From: Perna viridis
Lineage: Eukaryota
Direction: 5' to 3'
Assembly (NCBI GenBank): GCA_037379345.1
Contig: CM074511.1
Span: 66,718,862 to 66,782,861, forward strand
Length of the DNA stretch: 64,000 nt
Part shown: piece by piece, positions 39,754 through 52,937 of the stretch
Layout: the number at the start of each line of letters is the position of its first letter
Position numbering within the stretch: the stretch's first letter is position 1
The notes under the pieces: model-generated
Told to the model about the DNA's origin: nothing
What the model saw: only the letters and a program-made list of their open reading frames with translations
The model's database searches: none
Position numbers and translations under genes: made by a program

Positions 39754-40548
39754 GCACCAGGATTAAATGAACATGAAATGATGATGAAATGAAAAATTGG
39801 AAGTCACGCAAGTCTCATGTTACAAATTCTGATATGTAGATATACAAAATTGGTAGGTATGTAGATTATATTGAGTAGCATAGACTTAATTAAATGTTAA
39901 ATACTAGTTAGTGTACATTTGATGTATGTGACCTGCGACACATACATGCATAGCATTAAAGCTATAAAATGTATAAAAAATGAGACTTTCTGGCTCCTCC
40001 CACTCACGTGATCGGCGGAACGACGTTTTTCTGGTATGCGTAAATTAATCATGGCCGCCACCATAGATACGATATAAACAAATTGCGATTACGTATCCGG
40101 TTAATCTTTTTTTTTTTTTTTGCTCTTTTGTTTCGTTTTCACCTGAATGAAATAAAAAATTATGTAAACCAAATAACGATTTTGTTTGTATTTTTTTCAC
40201 GGTCATATATATGCAAATCCCAAATCTCGTTCAGATTTGAATCATTATCAGTTTGCAGACGACTTCCCCTGTTATTTCAGTCATGTCGGACTCGGAGCCA
40301 GAGTGTCCGTCACAATTTAACATAAACTGGTCCCCACTTAAAGAAATTGAAGCATTACAAAATGATAAATCTCTTGAAGAGACAAATGACCAGGAAACTG
40401 TTATGGTCTTGGATTTATTACTGCCTATACCCCAAGATAATGAATCGGAGGAACACTACAATATAGATCTGCCCATACAACTGCCTCCTGTTCTTCAAAA
40501 ATCTCAAACAAATATTTCAAATCCCAAAGAAACTAGTGCACAAATTTC

Positions 40549-41062
40549 GTTTGTTGTTTGTTTGTTTGTTGGGGTTTAACGTCCGAGCAGCAATATTTCA
40601 GCTGTATTCAGACAATGAACATGAAATGGATGATAAAATCAACATGAAATGAAAAAAAAGGATGGGTCACAAGGATAATAGGGTAGACAAATTTTGATTG
40701 CCACTGGAAAAAGGGGGGATGGGTAAGGTCGGGCAATTTAGCCTCCTGTTGCGGAGCGCAAAGGTTCCTATTCCTATCGAATACCACAGCAGGGTTCTTT
40801 AACGTGCGAGGAACGTGGCATCTTTCCCAACACGGTGCACCACTATGGTTTGCGGTCAGGTTTTCCGTATTATAGCCTGACAACCCCAGCATGCAACACG
40901 CCAGGGATACCCCATTCCACCACCTGGGGCACACATCACAGTTGCTCTGTGGGCAGAGCGCCTAGCCCCCGGCTAGGTTTCTGAGCACTATTTAGTCGCC
41001 TTATACGACAAGCTTAGCGCTGCTGCAGGCCTATTCTTTTAACACCCGGACCTGCACGGGGC
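40549..41062 (-). mobile_element. Full-length 514-bp SINE: structured non-tRNA head, Deu/Nin-like central domain, (AAAC)n tail
   Basis: 12-bp TSD tgcacaaatttc (40537-40548 and 41063-41074), central gcacgttaaagaaccc motif, and 3' end ggacgttaaacccc(aaca)n. Confidence 0.9.
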
Positions 41063-42014
41063 TGCACAAATTTCACCCCTGAACTCTACTGCCATATACC
41101 AAACAGAAACAAGTCAGCTTCCACCTTCCTCGCGAAATTCAAAACTTTAATGTTCTTAAAATCGACTTTACAACATTCAAAATATTTGTATTTATTGTTC
41201 ATTTTACTTATTTGTCTCTTGGAATTGAATAAATTTTGATACATTGCTTATTTTCTTCAAACAGCTTTGACGGATTATATGGTGCGGATTGAATTTCAAT
41301 GTTTACTGAGTCATGCGCCATGTGTACTAATTTTTTTTCTTCGGGTTGAACGATCGGGGCTCCTCAGGTGATATGCATTTTAAAATTCATTTTAAAAATG
41401 TTCACATGCACAAGACTATTAATATAACAGGATAAAAACAATATAGATACATTGTCGAAAATTATTGAAGATATGTGTATTCGGCTTGGAACGGGGGAAA
41501 TAGCTCGGCGGAGCCACGCATTTCCTACCCGTTCCGTCGCCTCATCACATATCTTCAATAATTTTCGACAATGTACTTATATTGTATATCCAAATTACGA
41601 ATGGTATGTAGGACAATGCAAAACATGTCATTACCTTTTTTAAAAGGCTTAAATTCACTAACATCCACATATTTATTTTTACTGCCAACACCCATTTTAC
41701 AGGCAATATAAAAATGATAATGTCTCAGGTGCTTGCAGTATGCCTCTAAATAAGGTAGAATGTTACAAACGATCAATGTATTACACTCGGTTTTATAAAG
41801 ATATCTTGAATAAATATCGAGAGTTAAAAGGGATAGAAAATTTATTTTAATTCTCATTTATCTACATCCCTCTAAAGGAATGCACGCATATTCACAGCTT
41901 GAATCAAACGCGGATGTAATTTAAAATGTGAAGATTGCGCACTAAAGTAAATGTGTTCAGACGCATAAACTAGATTTCCGAGAAACTATCGTGGACCGTC
42001 TCTTTGAACACAAA

Positions 42015-42222
42015 ATGTCGTCTGCGGTGGCTATAGGAACATTTCTGCTTGTTGCTTGCTTTATTATGCAATGTGTTGGAGTAGCAACAGATTACTGGAT
42101 GGTTGTGTCAGTTTTTACAGGGTCAGTGAAATCACACGCTGGATTGTTCAAGATGTGCTACGAGGTTCTTTCCGTGAAATCATGTGTCCTATATATCACC
42201 TACAGTGAAACTTTTCGGAATA
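42015..42222 (+). CDS. Claudin/PMP22/EMP-superfamily tetraspan membrane protein, coding exon 1
   Basis: TM1 followed by the W...GLF..C...C signature (ATDYW...HAGLFKMCY...SC). Donor gtaagt at 42223, phase 1. Confidence 0.9.
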
Positions 42223-44884
42223 GTAAGTACATTTTTTCATTGAAATTGAAACTTTAAACAAAGACATTGTATTCCATTTTGCAAAATTTATTGTTACATT
42301 ATAAATGTACACCAATTTAAAAGATACAAATGGTATGTATTTTATTGGACAGACATAGAACCAACAGGCTTTAGTAGAAATAAGTATCCTAATATCAAAT
42401 TCAAGATACTTCAGAAGTACACAAACTTTGCCATAAATCACCTTATTGTCGTAGCTCATGTTATATATACCGTCTTTTTCTGTTTGTTTCAATTTTTAAA
42501 TTGTAAATTGCACTTCAGTCTAGATATGTCATTATATGTATCGCTCTATAACACAGAAAAGAAGGGAGGATTATTGCGGGGCAAGACTCATGGCCAAAGT
42601 TCTAAACTAGGAATCCAGTTTACTTCAAAACGTTTGTAATGAAAAATAAAAGTTCAGAATTTAGATATAACAATTGGAAGATGATCGTGGATTTTATCTC
42701 CTAGCTTCCATAAATTGCCCCCAAATAAGATTTAAGTTGGTCTTACTAACTTATGCGTGATTGTGTTGTTCCGTTTCTAGTTTTTAGAAACTATAATTAC
42801 TGTTTATGCGGATAGTGTTATGCAATTTATGAATTAACTTGCCAAACAAAGTTATAGATATTAAACACTGATATTTTTGTTTGTGTTTCTTTACAATTAA
42901 TGATGTTCTATATTAAGATAGACCGTGAATGCAGTAGTCGGTTTGCACTGCTGTGGCTACTTCTTGATTCAGGGGTCTCATGAAATCTTGTTCTGTAATT
43001 TGTTGAAAAAAAAAACGAAAGCCCATTGAGTCCATAAAAAAAATCGCATAATTAAAACTCGTTACTTTACGTAATGTAATGTAATAACGAGAAATATTAT
43101 ATAAATATTAATAAAAATTTCCATTCTTGATGAAAAGACTTGTTCAAAAATTGTCAGAGACCGATATTTTATTGTTATTTTTTTTCAAATTTTTGTCATT
43201 TAGTTGAGCTATTCCTTTTGTATATGTAGCAGTTTCCTTACTGCCATGGTGGTCATTATGTTCATGTAAACTTTTCATTGAAAAGTGGACCTATTTAGCG
43301 TACTTCATTTACTTATATTAAAGCTTATATGATTATGAAGTTGTCGCTGGATAGCTGTAAAATATTTTGTTACTTAGAAAAGCTACTACTTTATATTTAG
43401 AGCAAATTATAGAAAAAAAAAACAAAAAACAAAAACAAAAACAAAAAACATTAAATAGTCCAAGTGTCAAAATACAGGAGGACAGTTATTTCGTATTCTT
43501 CTTCTTTTATATATGAACAAACAAGACAAAGGTTTCGCGTTAATTTGCGATAGTATTGCGTTTAGGTTACAGACCACCAATTCAACCAATGAGCATTTGG
43601 AACGTACGCAAAAATAGTCCTACGCAGAAATTACCCCTGTTCCTCATAGTGCTGTGAAAAAAGTTCTTATCTTAATTAAAAAAATTTAAACAGTTTCTGA
43701 AAGGAAAAACATTTCTGTACATTTTATATGTGCATTTTGCTTCTTGTGATGTGAAGCCTAATCTCCATAATGATTTTTAAATATACCCCTATCTTGGGAA
43801 AACACTGGGATTTCCCATGCTATTTATAGACCCTTCACTTCCGGTGACTAGTACTGCACTGCAAGTCTGCTAACCCCACATGCCATTCTGAGGATTGTGA
43901 GCTGACATATGTAGAATCATGCTGATATATAGTCCTCTGCAGGTTAAAGTTAAGGTAAAGTCCAGAGAAGCCATTGAATATTGTGAAATTAGCATAGAAG
44001 CCTATGGGAAGTGGAATTAGTGGTTTCTAGCCTTTATATCAAGTTTGGCAAAGTAAACGTTGTTATAAAAAAACTACTTATCCATTCATTTATTTTTCCA
44101 CTTCCACACAAAACTTTAAATAAGAACAAAACTGCACCATATGTGACCGACAAAATTAATCGGCAATATTCCCGACTTGCGGACCAACATTTTGACAACA
44201 TTTATCTCCCTTTGGAGTAGGTATCTATTCGGAACACGTAAGGTTTTCCATCCGATATCGACGATACTTAAGAAAATCTCGAAAGTCAAAAGGGAATTTC
44301 TCGTTCTACTGACCCTGCCATAAATTTTCTTTACTCGGGATACAAATGAAAATCATCCTTGTGTAACCCACCAATAAAATGAAACACCCTGTAAATTTTA
44401 GAAACACCGTTGTGTTTATCTGCTGGGGATTCCATTTTCATTCGAGTTACCTCTTCTTTCTGCGCCCGTATCCGAACATCGATTAGAGAGACTTCGAAAT
44501 TATACCTGCTCTTACGGGAGGTAACTCTGCAAAAACAGGATAAAATATGGCTGCATCCCGAGCTCCGCAAGTAGGGAATAAATCCTGAAAGATCTTCATT
44601 TTCACATGCATGAAGTTTGAAATCATTACCTGAACATCAACTAACATGTATGTGCATAACTGCATTATGCGCCATTATTCAACAATCATTATATGGAAGC
44701 CATTTCACATAATCGATAAAAAAAAAATTAAAATGTAAAATTAAATTTGGACTTAAATCTGAATATAAAAGAATTGTTTCTCAAATGTAGATGAATTAAA
44801 GTGATGGAGTTGGGGTCAACTGATCCTTACCTTTTTGGAAAGGGCCATATGAAACATATTGAATTAAAAACAAGAGAGTAACAG

Positions 44885-45042
44885 NNNNNNNNNNNNNNNN
44901 NNNNNNNNNNNNNNNNNNNNNNNNNNNNNNNNNNNNNNNNNNNNNNNNNNNNNNNNNNNNNNNNNNNNNNNNNNNNNNNNNNNNNNNNNNNNNNNNNNNN
45001 NNNNNNNNNNNNNNNNNNNNNNNNNNNNNNNNNNNNNNNNNN
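44885..45042. other. Assembly gap
   Basis: Run of N. Confidence 1.
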
Positions 45043-45937
45043 AAATGAAAAAAAAACTATAAGCAAAGCTCACTAAAGTTTACCTCGCTCCCCATCCAAG
45101 TAACCATATAAGCAAAGTAATCAAACAGGGAAATTGTAAACGAACAATTATGGACAGACGAATTGACGGACGAATGGATGGACGAATACCAAAACCACTT
45201 TATACTTCCCGTCCAACAATTCAAAGGATATACATGAGACATGTAAAAATAAAAAAAAACCTGTATCTGCCAAAAATTGATTTACTTGATATCTTAATTA
45301 TGAATGCCTAAAATATGAATTCTACGGTGTCAGAATGCTGTGAATGAGAATTCTGTTTGATACTGAGACCAGTTTTTTTAGGGGTAGGGGTAATATTTTA
45401 AACATTTTTTGAAAATATTTCCTTGAACATTAGTTTTTCAATGTTTATTTATATAGAAAATTAAATTATCTATCGAATGATACCAAATTTGAGACGTTTT
45501 AGTTGAGCAATAACTTGTAGAGTTTATGTGACTTTTGACCGAAAAATCGAAAATCCCATTCTTTGCATTTTTTTATAAATGCTGACTACCAAAATCGCCA
45601 AAATTCATCAAAAGAACTCCAGAAGTATAAATTGTGACAATACTAAACAGAAAATACCAAAATAGCCATTTTTTACTGAAGCATGAATACTCCATGGGTT
45701 TTGACATTGAAAATATGTCGATTTAAGCGATTTACCACAAAACCCGAAGTGTTTCTTGGAACCATTGTAAAGCTGAGACACTGGGCTACATAATGTTTAA
45801 TACACCTCAGTTTACTTCGTTCTGTAGAAAAAACTTTAAAAATTGCATGATTTTTGCCTCAACGAGGTATAAAAAGTAGCCAAAAAATACAAAATGCTTA
45901 TTTTTTGGCGACAAAAAGATTCGTTAATGAGAGTTTA

Positions 45938-46206
45938 AGGGTACCTGAAAATCATATTTTGGTTGATGAGTGGTGGGGGGCGGGAGGGGGGTTACATGTA
46001 TCTCACGTATTAGCCCACGTACTAATATGTACGTATAAAGTTGTCGTAGATAATAAATTAAACATGATAAAGGTTATAGGGTACCTGAAAATCATATTTT
46101 GGTTGATGATTGGGGGGAGCACGGGGGGTTACATGTATCTCATGTATTCGCCCACGTACTAATATATACGTATAAAGTTGTCTTAGACACCAAATTAAAC
46201 GTGATA
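45938..46206. repeat. Tandem duplication of about 141 bp
   Basis: agggtacctgaaaatcatattttggttgatga...taaattaaac occurs twice. Confidence 0.85.
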
Positions 46207-47240
46207 AGTGTTTATTTTCCAGCAATACAAGTTTTTACTAGATAACAAAATGCTAATCTTATCATATTACTAGAAGTAAGTCGCTCAGGATAACTTGCAT
46301 ACAATAACCTGAGCATGCAATTAAATGTAACTACGAACGGTTGAGTGAAACTGCTGAAAAGAACGTACACTGTAAAGTGAAAATAGAATTCTTAATCGAT
46401 TGAAGTTTTCAGAAAATCAGCTATATATAGTATTGATGCGGTAAAACCATGCATACATATACCTGCATTAACTAAATAACATTTTGCCGATAGATATAGA
46501 TCTGTTACATTGATACTGCCACTCATTGCCTTTCTCAAATACTTAATATCAATAAACAATATTTCTCTGGTCATTTGACATGGAAGATTATTAAGCACCT
46601 GTTAAATATATTGATGGACTCATTTTTTATCCCGTCTTTTTAATGAGCATGGTGGGTCATATGAAAATTTTGTCGGTGACTATTTGCAAGGTAACACTGC
46701 TGTTATGTCAGCCTGAAATTATTCAAACGATTTTAAGCTGTCTTGTTTGCGTCGTTATGGATACATTTACGCTACGCATGGCGCCTGAACCATACATGAA
46801 GATTGATATTTTATAAAGTTGTTCTTTTTTCGCCCGGCATATACGCCCAAGTAAATTTCAGGCACTGACAATTTAACTAGCGTGGAGGGGGCTGGGATGT
46901 TTTTGATGTGCGTTAATATATTTTTCTTCTTTCAGCAGCATGCAGCTGGAGTTATTGAGCCATTTTTTTAAATTTGAAGATCTACACAGTTTTAAGTAAT
47001 TTGGGAAACATTGAAGTATATTTTTTTTCTGTCTGTGGCTGAGTATTTCATGTAATCTTCAACCCCCTCATTCCTCCTTACATGTAATAAAATAGCGGTG
47101 GTATCAACAGGAGTTCGTTGATAATATTAAAATGTCATATGAAATATGTCATATATACAGTCATGTGCATTAAACTTCACAAATTATGGTGATGAATTCC
47201 AGTTATATGCTATCTAATTTTATTACTCTCCTTATTTCAG

Positions 47241-47381
47241 TCCACTACTTTGGTATTGTCGGCTGCTCCTGTTTGGGAACATTGTTGCTATTCATAGCAT
47301 GTATTATTGGGTTCTGTGGATGTAGTAATCCAAACCCCAAATCAACAATCCAAAATATATCTGGTGTAGGACTTTTCGGGG
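47241..47381 (+). CDS. Claudin/PMP22-family protein, coding exon 2 (TM2 and start of TM3)
   Basis: Acceptor cttatttcag and donor gtaagt, 141 nt, phase 1-1, in frame with exons 1 and 3. Confidence 0.9.
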
Positions 47382-47882
47382 GTAAGTGCAATATAAATTG
47401 CTTCGATTTGCCAACATAATTAATATGCTTTTAACCAGTATAAATACAGTCACATGTTATGTATACCAAGAAAAAAAGTTCAAAACTAAAAAAAAAATGT
47501 TGCAGTCAGTTTTTCAGAACTTTAATAAATTCTCGTAAATTCTAATCATATTAACTAATTTAATTATTGTAACAAACTACTACACAAGTATTGGACAGGA
47601 TTGTGCATTTACATTCGTTATCAACGGTGAAAACAGATTTAGTAGTCACTTGATTCCACCGTCTGTTCGTCAGCTCGTCCGACCGTCACCTTAAAGTGTT
47701 TACTCTGTGAAATATGTAGCTAAAAATTTTTAAACAAATAAATGTTCAATCCTTCCAAAGTTATATATTGAAGATGTGGATAACGCCTAAAAAGAAATAT
47801 AATGTTTTACATGTACCTGTTAATCTTGTCCATTTTCAGCAGTATATGCTATTCTTAGTAAATGTACATCTAGATATTATTA

Positions 47883-48597
47883 AAGAATAATCAAGGGAAC
47901 CAAGAATCCGCGGAAATCAAAATAATGTAATCCAGGGATCAGACATGGAAAACAGACACACACAACTAAGAACACAATGCAACTAAAATAATACACACAC
48001 AGTAACTAACGTAAATGAACAACTCGGACTCCACTAAAAAGCTGGGAGCATGGATCAGATGCACGGGTAAGGTAAAAAGTCAAGTCCGGGGTAGATGAAA
48101 GAGGAAAGGAAAACTATGACATGTTGAATAAATCAGCTTTCATGGTGCAGATGGATACACCGTAACGACCCGCGAGTTCATGATGACGACCACAAAACTT
48201 CTGTAGTGATGACTTCAATCTTGTAGATTGTAGCAACATAACCCTGTTCCAGAAGCCTAATTGTACATGTAAGAAGTCTATGGCGATACTAAAAGTATGC
48301 GTAGATACGGCAAGCTCTGGCATAAGGTATGACTTGTGATCTGAAAACTCAATACACAGATGCTGAAGGGATGTTGCCACAGATGAAAGGGAAGTTGACA
48401 ATTCTGAATGAAAAGTCATCACGTTTGTCGTAAAGTTTGGTAAACAGTTTTCCTTTACCATCGATCTCTAAGTGTAGGTCAAGATACGAGGCTGACCTTA
48501 CAGTGTTTGTAGTAACTTTTATCTCAAGTTCTTTGGGGTAGATGCGATGTATCAAATCCCCGAAACTGGAATTGTTTAACGGTAACATAGTGTTCAT
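47883..48597 (-). mobile_element. Penelope-like (Naiad-type) element 3' part in intron 2
   Basis: IYPKELEIK...SASYLDLHLEIDGKGKLFTKLYDKRDDFSFRIVNFPFICGNIPSA, then KFCGRHHELAGRYG-stop and the UTR. Confidence 0.9.
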
Positions 48598-50118
48598 ATA
48601 TATTGGAAATATGTGACGTAGGTCAGTACTTGTTATGTGTCTTATTGTTTCATCCTCTGTAAAATGTACATGTATATTTACTGACTTGAAATTAAAGTTT
48701 TAATTTTCGATGCTTGATGATGAAATTCGAAGGACAACTGATTCATCTTTTTTTTTAATTTTTTTTAGTAAATGAAATTGTCCGAGCAGAAAAAGTAAAG
48801 AATAAAATGATGATCACAATTTCTTTAATCAGTTTGTCGCCAAAAATAAACTGAAGCATTTTGGTATTTTTGTCACTTTTTAACCTCGTTGAGGCAAAGA
48901 TAAAATTTTGTTTTTGTTTTTTTTTATTTTCCCAACTTTTATTTTTTTGTACAAAACGAAATAAATTTATATAATTAGGTATCATCAGGCGACTAAAGGA
49001 ATATCTTTCCATTTTCTACCAAACCAATTGCACTAACGACTTGGGATTTCGGAGTAAAATATAAAAAAAAATGTACCCCTACTCCCCGATAAATCGCTTA
49101 AATTGACATATTTTTCAATGTCAAAACCCCTAGAGTATTTGTGCATCAGTGAAGAAACGGCTTATATGGCATTTTCTGTTTAGTACTACATGTATCAAAG
49201 TTAATACTTCTGGTGTTCTTTTGATGAAGTGTGGTGATTTTCATAGTAAGAATGTATAAAAACAATCGCAGATAAATAAATTATTTGATTTTCCCATAAC
49301 AAGTTGCATAAATTAGGAAAATTATGTGAATTTGTGCGTTTTTCCGATTGGGTAGGGATACATTTTTTCAATTTACTCCAATGCCTAACTTGCTATCGCA
49401 ACTTTTTTGTACTTTTGGAAAACTGAGACATATGGCTACATGGTGATTCATATAAATATTTAGTTTCCATACACGTACTGTCCTGGGACTAAGAAGACTT
49501 AGACGCTTGACCGATTGAGTCACAGAAATCTTGTCGTTTTTGGTGAATCCTCCTAGCCCATGGACTATTTTATATTAAAATACAGTTTTGACCCTAACTC
49601 TGAAATGGTTTACTTTTAGTGGTTGGGGAGTTTTGTGGTAATTTTGTTGCTATACATAAACTGAATGCTTAAGTTATAACAGAAAATCAGCTGTCTATAT
49701 CAACAGCTCAAACCATTTTAAGTTAAGAATATTCAAGCGACAACTCCTTGCGGTAATTTGTAATATACAATAATAACCGTAATTGTATATTTATTAGGGA
49801 AAGATTTTTTTTGTCAGCCAAAATTTCAATAATGACGTAACGCAAAGGATATGCAGCTTTGTATGCATCAGTACAAAGTCTAGATTGGAGAAAAAAAAAT
49901 CATTAATTCTTTAATTTGATTTCTAGCATACTCATATTACATAATATTGTATATTTAAACCATTTAAATAAATGATATAACAAGATGCAGATGAATCACT
50001 TTACCTTTGGCTGTGTCTATATTTTTACATTGACTGGTACTTAAACAGATAAAGAATTTTAAGGTTTCATCATACAAAATAAACGCCATTCTCTTAACCT
50101 TATTGATATGTCTTTCAG

Positions 50119-50468
50119 GGTTATTTTGTAGTGCCGGTGCTGGCTGGTACTTTTTGTATTTTTTACAAGGAACATTTGGCGATGTTTCCAGTATACTTGC
50201 CAACTTTGGCGTTGACATGGGACCAGGGTGGTCCTTTTATCTTTGTTGCGCAGCAGGAGGAGCTTCATTAATCCTTTCTATAATTCTCATGGTAATTGGT
50301 TGCAATATGCCTTCGAATAATGGCATGGTTGCTCCTTTACAACCAACAACTGTCATAGCTGTCAGTGGAGGGCAAATGCAACATCAACATCCGCCCACAG
50401 CCCATAACATGCAAAATCCGGCGTACAACGACCCATTTGATCCGAATCCTAAACAAGGCTTTTACTAA
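50119..50468 (+). CDS. Claudin/PMP22-family protein, coding exon 3 (TM3, TM4, Pro/Gln-rich tail); spliced product 232 aa
   Basis: Acceptor tctttcag, the GWSFYL motif before TM4, and a TAA stop. The exons sum to 208+141+350=699 nt. Confidence 0.9.
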
Positions 50469-51736
50469 GGAAAGAATTTTACATACAAGAAGCTGAAAGC
50501 CACTGAAGTGCCCGTATATTATTTTTGACTAATGTGCTTTCATTGCTTGCTAGATTTATTCACGGACATAAATGCTGTTTTTAAGAGTAGAAATGATCAA
50601 ATTTGTCGTGAAACGTAGTTATAAATCACAGTGAAAAAAAGACAATGATGGACAGTTTGTTCAATGATCTGAACCAGAATAATCCAGTCTTTATATTTCG
50701 TCCCCAACGTTCATGACATTAACCTCGAGTTTAGAAGAGAATCTGATGCTGTCAAATATAAACTTCTTCATATACCTGACAAAATTCTGTTGATGGATTG
50801 GAGTGAAAAATTAGCAAGCTCAGAAACAACAACTAAAACATTGAAAAAAGAATATTTGATCAACACAATTACAGTTGAACGGTGCTTTTGTTTTCTTTTA
50901 GACATCAAAAGTCATGCTACAAATCACTTAGTAAGTGAGGCTAGAACAATACTGAAATATTAGTCTTTATAAGAAGCGGGCAACATTGTAATAACACTAC
51001 TATTTGTTCCATGAGAACAAAGGTATACTGTGTGGCGGTTGATTTCATACACAAATAAATAGTCGTTCATTATTACGTCATCATAGCAAAAAACAAAAAA
51101 AAGTTGTGACGTCTTAACTTACGACTCTTTCAGATTTGCAGTTCCATTATAATTTAGAATTTAATTAAATGGCATTAACATTTTAAGTATATCTAACTTT
51201 ATGGAGATGCAAAATTTCGGAATTACTTGAAACAGGAACAGAAGCAATTAACATGTCGGTCAAAATTACATTGAACTATTATGAATGAGATTGCACCCTT
51301 GTATTGTTGGGTTTTTGACATGAATGTGTAAGATTTCAATATTGTTGCCTGCTTCTCACAAAGACTTTTACATAAATATTGTATATGATTTGTTCAGTAT
51401 TATGCTCATTCCGTCCATATCTTAACTTCAGAGGTTTCTGCATTATGTTTTCTCAGTTCCATACATCTACGGACGTTCGTTTCCTTTCTTACTTGTCGCT
51501 GCAGACAGACCCTTTTGTCAGTATTTTGGACAGTATTCAAATCAATTGATCGGATATTTAATGCATTCATTTAGACTTCCCCGACATTGCAAGAATTGTG
51601 TTACTTTTGGTATGACTGGTTATAGACTACAAGAAAGCTTAGTGGAGTCAAGTATAATTAAGATTTCCGACGATAACCAGTTAAATTAAGGCTGTCTACA
51701 GCTCAAGAGGGATTGTTGTTTGGGGCTTGAATGCTA

Positions 51737-52937
51737 CACTTCTTGAGATGTTTAGGTTTCCCGCACACACGATACCGAAACGCACACTAAACGCTAATCA
51801 AACGCATGATATACGAAAGCTTCTATCGTGCGTTTAAGGAGGTAGACCTAGGGTAATGGACACAACTCTTAGAAATCATTGGAACGTTTGTATTCAGCAT
51901 TTTACATCAATCTTATGTATGCATCAAAGTATCTTTGTATTCATTCTCTTTCAAATGAAAGCTTGAAATTAGTATGATACAAGAGTTATGTCCCTTACCC
52001 TAGGTCTATCCCCTTAAACGAAAGCTTCAATTGTGCTTTGGAAGGTGTGTTCCCGTTCTGCCCACTTTTGACATTTACAAGTAAAAATATTGTGGGCAGA
52101 ATGGGAATGCAGATGTAATGACACTAATTAGAGAACAATAGATAATTACCTATAGTCTGTTTTACTGTTTGTTGGCAATTCAATGTGATTTTTTCTAGTC
52201 TTTTTAATGGCTATGTTTAGTATAACTGTTTTGTTTTTTGGAATAAGTTCATTGAAATAAGTATACACTCTGTATTGTGGTCTAAGTGCAATTCAATGTG
52301 TTTTTCTTGTCTTTCTTAATGGCTATGTTTGGTATAACTGTTTTGTTTTTGGAAATGTCAGCTCATTAAAATAAGTATACACTCTGTATTGTGGTCTCAT
52401 GTGCAACTCAGTGTGTTTTTCTTGTCATTTTAAATGGCTATGTTTGGTATAACTGTTTTGTTTTTTTTTGGAAATGTCGGTTAAAATAACTATATACTCT
52501 GTATTGTGGTCTCATGTGCTTTTACTCCATAATTTTGTATTAAGTATCTGCTTCCTGTTGTCCATTGATCAATTTAATTCAAGTCAAAAGAGAAAAAGAA
52601 ACTTTGTGGAACGTATGATAAATTAATGCTCCAAGCGTACGTTAAAACGCTCGATAAACGAATGATCACAGTGTGCGTTTAAATGCACGATAGACGAACG
52701 ATGAAAAATGATGTCGACAAATAATGAAAAAAAATGGAAAATAGAATTAATGAAAATAATAATAGCAAAAAATATCAAAGTAACAGTTGAATAAAGGAAA
52801 CAATGAATATACAAAAATAAACGGACACTTTTATTGTGCGTTTATCATGCATTTATAAATGAACGCAAAACAACTATAAACGCAAGATAGGCGATGCACG
52901 AACGCTAAAATGGGAAGCGTGAACGTTTCAAAGAGTG
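51737..52937. mobile_element. CAC-terminus non-autonomous TIR element (same family as 39088-39542, opposite orientation) with nested insertions
   Basis: TA-flanked TIRs cacttcttgagatgtttaggtttccc / gggaagcgtgaacgtttcaaagagtg. Contains a MITE and a three-unit tandem repeat (about 52175-52520). Confidence 0.75.
51838..52013. mobile_element. MITE with TTAA TSD (Kolobok-like termini)
   Basis: TIR ggaggtagacctagggtaatggacacaactctt / aagagttatgtcccttaccctaggtctatcccc, with TTAA at 51834-51837 and 52014-52017. Confidence 0.85.

Noticed and set aside
40980-41062. SINE head as a canonical HDV-like, twister or pistol ribozyme
   Set aside because: There are partial resemblances (hairpin followed by CTAA; AATAG linker), but I could not build the required helix order and conserved cores for any of them.
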